Source: a virus (taxonomy: Duplodnaviria; Heunggongvirae; Uroviricota; Caudoviricetes). From it: a stretch of 32,770 nucleotides of DNA. A program made the translations under genes and the position numbers. Positions 26,168-32,770 of the stretch are shown piece after piece (within the stretch, counting starts at the first letter, position 1; the number at the start of each line of letters is the position of its first letter). The notes under the pieces were generated by a model. That model was not told where the DNA came from. It searched no databases and saw only the letters and a list, made by a program, of their open reading frames with translations. The DNA is taken from the IMG/VR virus record IMGVR_UViG_2913192161_000005, positions 1 through 32,770 of that record, one strand, 5' to 3'.

Positions 26168-27358
26168 ATGAGTGACTATCATCATGGCGTGCAGGTGCTG
26201 GAGATTAACGACGGCACCCGCGTCATTTCCACTGTATCCACTGCCATTGTCGGCATGGTCTGCACGGCCAGCGATGCGGATGCGGAAACCTTCCCCCTCA
26301 ATAAACCGGTGCTGATTACCAATGTGCAGAGCGCAATTGCAAAGGCCGGTAAAAAAGGCACGCTGGCGGCGTCGCTGCAGGCCATCGCCGACCAGTCAAA
26401 ACCGGTCACCGTTGTCGTGCGCGTGGAAGACGGCACCGGCGACGACGAAGAAACGAAACTCGCGCAGACCGTTTCCAATATCATCGGCACCACTGACGAA
26501 AACGGTCAGTACACCGGACTGAAAGCCCTGCTGGCGGCGGAGTCGGTAACCGGTGTTAAACCGCGCATTCTCGGCGTGCCGGGACTGGACACCAAAGAGG
26601 TGGCTGTTGCACTGGCATCAGTCTGTCAGAAGCTGCGCGCTTTCGGGTATATCAGCGCATGGGACTGTAAAACCATTTCCGAGGTGAAAGCCTATCGCCA
26701 GAATTTCAGCCAGCGTGAGCTGATGGTCATCTGGCCGGATTTCCTCGCATGGGATACGGTCACCAGTACCACCGCCACCGCGTATGCCACCGCCCGTGCA
26801 CTGGGCCTGCGCGCTAAAATTGACCAGGAGCAGGGCTGGCATAAAACGCTGTCCAACGTCGGGGTGAACGGTGTTACCGGCATCAGCGCATCTGTATTCT
26901 GGGATTTGCAGGAGTCCGGCACCGATGCTGACCTGCTTAACGAGTCAGGCGTCACAACGCTGATTCGTCGTGACGGTTTCCGCTTCTGGGGTAACCGTAC
27001 CTGCTCTGATGACCCGCTGTTCCTCTTTGAAAACTACACCCGCACCGCGCAGGTGCTGGCCGACACGATGGCTGAGGCGCACATGTGGGCGGTGGACAAG
27101 CCCATCACCGCAACGCTGATTCGCGACATCGTTGATGGCATCAATGCCAAATTCCGAGAGCTGAAAACAAACGGCTATATCGTGGATGCGACCTGCTGGT
27201 TCAGTGAAGAATCCAACGATGCGGAAACCCTCAAGGCCGGAAAACTGTATATCGACTACGACTATACCCCGGTGCCTCCTCTTGAAAACCTGACCCTGCG
27301 CCAGCGTATTACTGATAAATACCTGGCAAATCTGGTCACCTCGGTTAACAGCAATTAA
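26168..27358 (+). CDS. FI: Tail sheath protein FI, 396 aa
   Basis: ORF 26168..27358; size and position as P2 FI. Confidence 0.93.
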   Translation: MSDYHHGVQVLEINDGTRVISTVSTAIVGMVCTASDADAETFPLNKPVLITNVQSAIAKAGKKGTLAASLQAIADQSKPVTVVVRVEDGTGDDEETKLAQTVSNIIGTTDENGQYTGLKALLAAESVTGVKPRILGVPGLDTKEVAVALASVCQKLRAFGYISAWDCKTISEVKAYRQNFSQRELMVIWPDFLAWDTVTSTTATAYATARALGLRAKIDQEQGWHKTLSNVGVNGVTGISASVFWDLQESGTDADLLNESGVTTLIRRDGFRFWGNRTCSDDPLFLFENYTRTAQVLADTMAEAHMWAVDKPITATLIRDIVDGINAKFRELKTNGYIVDATCWFSEESNDAETLKAGKLYIDYDYTPVPPLENLTLRQRITDKYLANLVTSVNSN

Positions 27359-27370
27359 GGAGCCTGACCG

Positions 27371-27889
27371 ATGGCAATGCCGCGCAAACTCAAATACATG
27401 AATGTCTTTCTGAACGGCTACAGCTATCAGGGCGTTGCAAAGTCCGTCACGCTGCCAAAACTGACCCGTAAGCTCGAAAACTATCGCGGTGCGGGGATGA
27501 ACGGCAGCGCACCGGTAGACCTCGGCCTTGATGATGATGCGCTGTCAATGGAGTGGTCGCTCGGGGGCTTCCCGGATTCGGTTATCTGGGAGCTTTACGC
27601 TGCAACCAGTGCTGATGCCGTACCGATTCGTTTTGCTGGTTCTTACCAGCGCGACGATACCGGCGAAACGGTGGCCGTCGAAGTGGTCATGCGTGGGCGT
27701 CAGAAAGAAGTCGATACCGGAGAGGGTAAACAGGGAGAGGATACCGAATCGAAACTCCCGGTGATTTGTACTTATTTCCGGCTGACGATGGACGGTAAGG
27801 AGCTGGTCGAAATCGACACCATCAACATGATTGAGAAGGTGAACGGCGTCGACCGGCTGGAGCAACACCGCCGAAATATCGGCCTGTGA
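27371..27889 (+). CDS. FII: Tail tube protein FII, 172 aa
   Basis: ORF 27371..27889; size and position as P2 FII. Confidence 0.93.
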   Translation: MAMPRKLKYMNVFLNGYSYQGVAKSVTLPKLTRKLENYRGAGMNGSAPVDLGLDDDALSMEWSLGGFPDSVIWELYAATSADAVPIRFAGSYQRDDTGETVAVEVVMRGRQKEVDTGEGKQGEDTESKLPVICTYFRLTMDGKELVEIDTINMIEKVNGVDRLEQHRRNIGL

Positions 27890-27945
27890 TTTTCATCCGG
27901 TCAGCCTGGCTGACCGGTTAACCCTGATTCAGAAGTGAGAAAACC

Positions 27946-28221
27946 ATGAACAAAGAAAATGTGATTACCCTGGACAATCCGGTCAAGCGTGGTGAGCAGG
28001 TTATCGAACAGGTCACGCTGATGAAACCCAATGCCGGGACGCTGCGCGGTGTCAGCCTGGCTGCGGTCGCGAACTCCGAAGTCGATGCACTGATTAAGGT
28101 GCTGCCGCGCATGACGGCACCGATGCTGACCGAGCAGGAAGTCGCCGCGCTGGAACTGCCTGACCTTGTGGCGCTGGTCGGTAAGGTGGTCGGTTTTTTG
28201 TCGCCGAACTCGGTGCAGTGA
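27946..28221 (+). CDS. E: Tail assembly chaperone E, 91 aa
   Basis: ORF 27946..28221; size and position as P2 E; contains the slippery heptamer near its 3' end. Confidence 0.85.
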   Translation: MNKENVITLDNPVKRGEQVIEQVTLMKPNAGTLRGVSLAAVANSEVDALIKVLPRMTAPMLTEQEVAALELPDLVALVGKVVGFLSPNSVQ

Positions 28222-28373
28222 CGTTTCCGAAAAATCTCTCGGTCGATGACCTGATGGCGGATGTGGCAGTGATATTTCACTGGCCGCCATCAGAACTGTA
28301 TCCCATGAGCCTGGCCGAACTCATCACATGGCGCGAAAAGGCGCTCCGGCGAAGCGGAAACACGAATGAGTAA
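27946..28373 (+). CDS. E': E+E' fusion product made by programmed -1 ribosomal frameshift at TTTTTTG (28194-28200), 142 aa
   Basis: Slippery T TTT TTG at 28194..28200 inside E. Reading the -1 frame from 28200 continues without a stop to TAA at 28371-28373, overlapping the T start. The predicted 142 aa matches the P2 E+E' length I recall. Confidence 0.7.
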
Positions 28374-30813
28374 CAATGTAAAATTACAGGTATTGCTCAG
28401 GGCTGTTGACCAGGCATCCCGCCCGTTTAAATCCATCCGCACAGCGAGCAAGTCGCTGTCGGGGGATATCCGGGAAACACAAAAATCACTGCGCGAGCTG
28501 AACGGTCAGGCATCCCGTATTGAGGGGTTCCGCAAGACCAGTGCACAGCTCGCCGTGACTGGTCAGGAACTGAAAAAAGCCAGACAGGAAGCCGCAGCTC
28601 TGGCTGTCCAGTTTAAAAATACTGAACGACCGACAAATGCACAGGCAAAGGCAATGGAAGCCGCGCGTAAAAATGCGTCTGAGTTACAGGCGAAATATAA
28701 CAGCCTGAGATTGTCGGTACAGCGCCAGCGTCAGGAATTGAGTCAGGCGGGTATTAATACCCGTAATCTGGCGCATGATGAACGAGGGCTGAAAAACCGT
28801 ATCAGTGAAACCACCACACAGCTTAACCGTCAGCGTGATGCGCTGGCGCGTGTCAGTGCGCAACAGGCAAAACTTAACGCAGTAAAACAGCGTTATCAGG
28901 CCGGAAAGGAGCTGGCCGGAAATATGGCCTCGGTGGGCGCTGCCGGTGTGGGGATTGCGGCGGCGGGAACGATGGCCGGAGTTAAGCTGCTGATGCCCGG
29001 TTATGAGTTTGCGCAGAAAAACTCAGAATTGCAGGCCGTGCTGGGAGTGGCAAAAGACTCCGCCGAAATGACCGCACTCCGCAAGCAGGCGCGCCAGCTC
29101 GGCGACAATACCGCAGCCTCGGCAGATGATGCAGCCGGTGCACAGATTATCATTGCGAAAGCGGGTGGAGATGCTGCGGCTATTCAGGCGGCAACGCCGG
29201 TCACGCTGAATATGGCACTGGCGAATCAGCGGTCGATGGAAGAAAACGCGCAACTGTTGCTGGGGACTAAGGCATCCTTTCAACTGTCAAATGATGATGT
29301 CAGCCATGTGGGCGACGTGTTGTCGGCAACGATGAATAAGTCGGCGGCTGATTTTCAGGGACTCAGTGATGCACTGACTTACCTCGGTCCGGTTGCGAGG
29401 ACGGCAGGTGTAAGTCTTGAGCAGGCAGCGGCCATGACAGGTGTGCTGCATGATAATAACATCAGGGGGTCAATGGCGGGGACGGGGAGCAGTGCCGTTG
29501 TCACCCGATTACAGGCACCGACTGGAAAAGCATGGGATGCACTCAAAGAGCTTGGCGTTAAAACCTCGGACAAAAAGGGAAATATGCGTCCGTTGTTCAC
29601 CATTCTGAAAGAGATTCAGGCCAGCTTTGATAAACACAAGCTGGGAACGTCTCAGAAGGGGGAATACCTTAAAACCATTTTTGGTGAGGAAGCCCTGAAA
29701 TCAGCGAACGTTTTACTGGCAGCGGCAGCAAGCGGAAAACTGGATACGCTGGCCGCCACGCTGAAAGCCTCGGACGGTAAAACGGAAGAGCTGGTTAAAA
29801 TCATGCAGGATAACCTCGGCGGTGACTTTAAGGAGTTTCAGTCCGCTTATGAGGCAGTGGGGACTGACCTGTTTGACCAGCAGGAAGGCGCACTGCGTAA
29901 GCTCACTCAGACTGCCACAAAGTATGTGTTAAAACTCGACGGCTGGATCAAGAAAAACAAATCACTGGCGTCAACCATCGGCCTCATTGTCGGTGGCGCG
30001 CTGGCACTTATTGGCATCATCGGTGCCATTGGTCTTGTAGCCTGGCCGGTTATCACCGGCATCAATGCCATTATCGCGGCAGCAGGCGCAATGGGGGCAA
30101 TCTTCACGACGGTTGGCAGTGCTGTTATGACGGCCATCGGGGCGATTAGCTGGCCGGTTGTGGCCGTGGTGGCCGCCATTGTCGCCGGGGCGTTGCTTAT
30201 CCGTAAATACTGGGAGCCTGTCAGCGCATTCTTTGGCGGTGTGGTTGAAGGGCTGAAAGCGGCATTTGCGCCGGTGGGGGAACTGTTCACGCCACTGAAG
30301 CCGGTGTTTGACTGGCTGGGCGAAAAGTTACAGGCCGCGTGGCAGTGGTTTAAAAACCTGATTGCCCCGGTTAAAGCCACACAGGACACCCTGAACCGTT
30401 GCCGTGATACGGGCGTCATGTTCGGGCAGGCACTGGCTGACGCGTTGATGCTGCCGCTTAATGCGTTCAACAAACTGCGCAGTGGTATTGACTGGGTACT
30501 GGAAAAACTCGGTGTTATCAACAAAGAGTCAGACACACTTGACCAGACCGCCGCCAGAACTCATGCCGCCACGTATGGTACCGGTGGCTATATTCCGGCG
30601 ACCAGCTCTTATGCAGGCTATCAGGCTTATCAGCCGGTCACGGCACCGGCTGGCCGCTCTTATGTAGACCAGAGTAAAAACGAATATCACATCAGCCTGA
30701 CGGGTGGTACTGCGCCGGGGACACCGCTTGACCGCCAGTTACAGGACGCGCTCGAAAAATACGAGCGGGATAAACGTGCGCGCGCCCGTGCCAGCATGAT
30801 GCATGACGGTTAA
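28366..30813 (+). CDS. T: Tail tape-measure protein T, 815 aa
   Basis: ORF 28366..30813; size as P2 T; Ala/Gly-rich hydrophobic central segment typical of tape-measure proteins. Confidence 0.93.
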   Translation: MSNNVKLQVLLRAVDQASRPFKSIRTASKSLSGDIRETQKSLRELNGQASRIEGFRKTSAQLAVTGQELKKARQEAAALAVQFKNTERPTNAQAKAMEAARKNASELQAKYNSLRLSVQRQRQELSQAGINTRNLAHDERGLKNRISETTTQLNRQRDALARVSAQQAKLNAVKQRYQAGKELAGNMASVGAAGVGIAAAGTMAGVKLLMPGYEFAQKNSELQAVLGVAKDSAEMTALRKQARQLGDNTAASADDAAGAQIIIAKAGGDAAAIQAATPVTLNMALANQRSMEENAQLLLGTKASFQLSNDDVSHVGDVLSATMNKSAADFQGLSDALTYLGPVARTAGVSLEQAAAMTGVLHDNNIRGSMAGTGSSAVVTRLQAPTGKAWDALKELGVKTSDKKGNMRPLFTILKEIQASFDKHKLGTSQKGEYLKTIFGEEALKSANVLLAAAASGKLDTLAATLKASDGKTEELVKIMQDNLGGDFKEFQSAYEAVGTDLFDQQEGALRKLTQTATKYVLKLDGWIKKNKSLASTIGLIVGGALALIGIIGAIGLVAWPVITGINAIIAAAGAMGAIFTTVGSAVMTAIGAISWPVVAVVAAIVAGALLIRKYWEPVSAFFGGVVEGLKAAFAPVGELFTPLKPVFDWLGEKLQAAWQWFKNLIAPVKATQDTLNRCRDTGVMFGQALADALMLPLNAFNKLRSGIDWVLEKLGVINKESDTLDQTAARTHAATYGTGGYIPATSSYAGYQAYQPVTAPAGRSYVDQSKNEYHISLTGGTAPGTPLDRQLQDALEKYERDKRARARASMMHDG

Positions 30814-30827
30814 GGAGGTGACGAAAA

Positions 30828-31307
30828 ATGATGCTCGCGTTAGGTATGTTTGTTTTTATGCGCCAGACGCTGCCACACCAGACCATGCAGCGTGAATCAG
30901 ATTATCGCTGGCCGTCAAATTCCCGTATCGGTAAACGGGATGCCTACCAGTTTCTCGGTGTGGGTGAGGAAAACATGACGCTTGCCGGTGTGCTTTATCC
31001 CGAACTGACCGGCGGAAAGCTGACGATGACCACGCTCAGGCTGATGGCAGATGAAGGCCGGGCGTGGCCGTTGCTGGATGGCACTGGCATGATTTACGGC
31101 ATGTATGTCATCAGCAAGGTGAGTGAAACAGGGAGTATTTTCTTTGCAGACGGCACACCCCGGAAAATTGATTTTACGCTGTCTCTCACCCGCGTTGATG
31201 AATCACTGGCCGCGCTTTATGGCGATATCGGTAAACAGGCGGAGTCGCTCATCAGTAAGGCCGGCAGTATGGCGACCAGATTCACGGGTATGACGGGGGC
31301 AGGATAA
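30828..31307 (+). CDS. U: Tail protein U, 159 aa
   Basis: ORF 30828..31307 with AAGGAGGTG upstream; size as P2 U. Confidence 0.9.
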   Translation: MMLALGMFVFMRQTLPHQTMQRESDYRWPSNSRIGKRDAYQFLGVGEENMTLAGVLYPELTGGKLTMTTLRLMADEGRAWPLLDGTGMIYGMYVISKVSETGSIFFADGTPRKIDFTLSLTRVDESLAALYGDIGKQAESLISKAGSMATRFTGMTGAG

Positions 31308-32470
31308 TGCTGGATGCGCTGACATTTGATGCAGGCAGTACGCTGACGCCGGATTACATGCTGATGCTCGACAGCAGGGATATTACCGGCAATATCAGCG
31401 ACCGTCTGATGAGCATGACCCTGACGGATAACCGGGGCTTTGAGGCTGATCAGCTTGATATTGAACTGAACGATGCCGACGGGCAGGTCGGGCTGCCGAT
31501 TCGTGGCGCTGTCCTGACGGTGTATATCGGCTGGAAAGGTTTTGCCCTGGTATGCAAAGGGAAATTTACCGTTGATGAGGTTGAACACCGGGGCGCGCCG
31601 GATGTGGTCACCATCCGCGCCCGGAGTGCAGATTTTCGCGGGACGCTCAATTCCCGCCGTGAAGGCTCCTGGCATGACACCACGCTCGGTGCGATTGTTG
31701 AGGCGATAGCCTCCCGTAACAGGCTGGAAGCCAGTGTCGCGCCGTCACTGGCAGGAATTAAAATCCCGCACATCGACCAGTCGCAGGAGTCTGATGCGAA
31801 ATTCCTGACCCGTCTTGCAGAACGCAACGGCGGTGAGGTCTCGGTAAAAATGGGAAAACTGTTGTTTCTCAAAGCGGGGCAGGGGGTGACGGCCAGCGGT
31901 AAAAAAATCCCGCAGGTCACCATAACCCGCAGCGACGGCGACCGCCATCATTTTGCGATTGCTGACCGTGGAGCCTATACCGGCGTAACGGCAAAGTGGT
32001 TACACACCAAAGACCCGAAGCCACAAAAGCAGAAGGTAAAACTGAAACGCAAAAAGAAAGAGAAACACCTGCGCGCACTGGAGCACCCGAAAGCGAAACC
32101 AGTCACGCAGAAGAAAGCGCCAAAAGTACCGGAAGCGCGCGAAGGTGAATACATGGCTGGTGAGGCTGACAACGTTTTTGCCCTGACCACGGTATATGCC
32201 ACGAAAGCGCAGGCCATGCGCGCCGCTCAGGCGAAGTGGGATAAGCTGCAACGGGGCGTTGCGGAGTTCTCCATCAGTCTGGCTACTGGTCGGGCAGATA
32301 TTTACACGGAAACGCCGGTCAAAGTGTCAGGCTTTAAGCGCGTCATAGACGAGCAGGACTGGACAATCACTAAGGTGACACATTTTCTGAATAATAGCGG
32401 CTTCACGACGTCCTTAGAGCTTGAGGTCAGGCTTTCTGACGTGGAGTACGAAACAGAAGATGATGAGTAA
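31307..32470 (+). CDS. D: Tail protein D (late control gene D), 387 aa
   Basis: ORF 31307..32470 overlapping U stop (TAATG); size as P2 D. Confidence 0.9.
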   Translation: MLDALTFDAGSTLTPDYMLMLDSRDITGNISDRLMSMTLTDNRGFEADQLDIELNDADGQVGLPIRGAVLTVYIGWKGFALVCKGKFTVDEVEHRGAPDVVTIRARSADFRGTLNSRREGSWHDTTLGAIVEAIASRNRLEASVAPSLAGIKIPHIDQSQESDAKFLTRLAERNGGEVSVKMGKLLFLKAGQGVTASGKKIPQVTITRSDGDRHHFAIADRGAYTGVTAKWLHTKDPKPQKQKVKLKRKKKEKHLRALEHPKAKPVTQKKAPKVPEAREGEYMAGEADNVFALTTVYATKAQAMRAAQAKWDKLQRGVAEFSISLATGRADIYTETPVKVSGFKRVIDEQDWTITKVTHFLNNSGFTTSLELEVRLSDVEYETEDDE

Positions 32471-32551
32471 TGATTTGTTTTTATCTATTTGTTTTATAAG
32501 GATAAACTAACTAAAATGGCACCATCAACAAAACCGGAAGAGGTGCTCGCG

Positions 32552-32770
32552 ATGTTTCATTGTCCTTTATGCCAGCATGCCGCACATGCGCGTACAAGCC
32601 GCTATATCACTGACACGACAAAAGAGCGTTATCACCAGTGTCAGAACGTGAATTGCAGCGCCACGTTCATCACTTATGAGTCGGTACAGCGATACATCGT
32701 GAAGCCGGGAGAAGTCCACGCCGTAAGGCCGCACCCATTGCCGTCAGGGCAGCAAATTATGTGGATGTAA
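32552..32770 (+). CDS. ogr: Ogr zinc-finger late-gene transcriptional activator, 72 aa
   Basis: ATG at 32552 within ORF 32489..32770 gives MFHCPLCQHAAHARTSRYITDTTKERYHQCQNVNCSATF..., matching P2 Ogr as I recall it, including the CxxC...CxxxxC zinc motif. Stop is at the window end. Confidence 0.9.
   Translation: MFHCPLCQHAAHARTSRYITDTTKERYHQCQNVNCSATFITYESVQRYIVKPGEVHAVRPHPLPSGQQIMWM

Noticed and set aside
1-32770. CRISPR arrays, tRNA or rRNA genes, IS elements or transposases
   Set aside because: No short regularly spaced repeats, no cloverleaf-like conserved tRNA features that I could recognise, and no transposase-like ORFs; the only mobile-element signature is the prophage itself.

Overview
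The window is an essentially complete P2-like (Peduovirus-type) prophage in integrated orientation, running from int at the left edge (1-996, minus) to ogr at the right edge (32552-32770, plus), with the cos site internal (about 8408-8426). The backbone follows canonical P2 order, and the gene sizes match my recollection of P2: int, C, cox, B, A | cos | Q, P (minus) / O, N, M, L, X, Y, K, lysA, lysB, lysC, R, S | V, W, J, I, H, G | FI, FII, E/E' (-1 frameshift), T, U, D, ogr. No similarity search was possible, so all calls rest on synteny, ORF length, recognisable motifs and recalled P2 protein sequences. Three visibly AT-rich cargo islands interrupt the GC-rich backbone at the classical P2 variable loci. 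(i) At the tin/old position between A and cos there is no Tin or Old; instead there are a DUF3850-like ORF, a small ORF, two unrelated membrane proteins with two N-terminal TM helices each, and a pair of 69-bp hairpin-forming direct repeats. (ii) At the orf30 position between S and V there is a roughly 358-aa membrane protein on the minus strand. (iii) At the Z/fun position between G and FI there is a 368-aa minus-strand protein with DUF3800-like motifs. These cargo genes are the best candidates for undescribed anti-phage or superinfection-exclusion functions. The tail fibre H is longer than I recall for P2 H and looks mosaic, and the C/cox immunity region differs in size from P2. I recognised no rRNA, tRNA, CRISPR array, transposase or retron reverse transcriptase.
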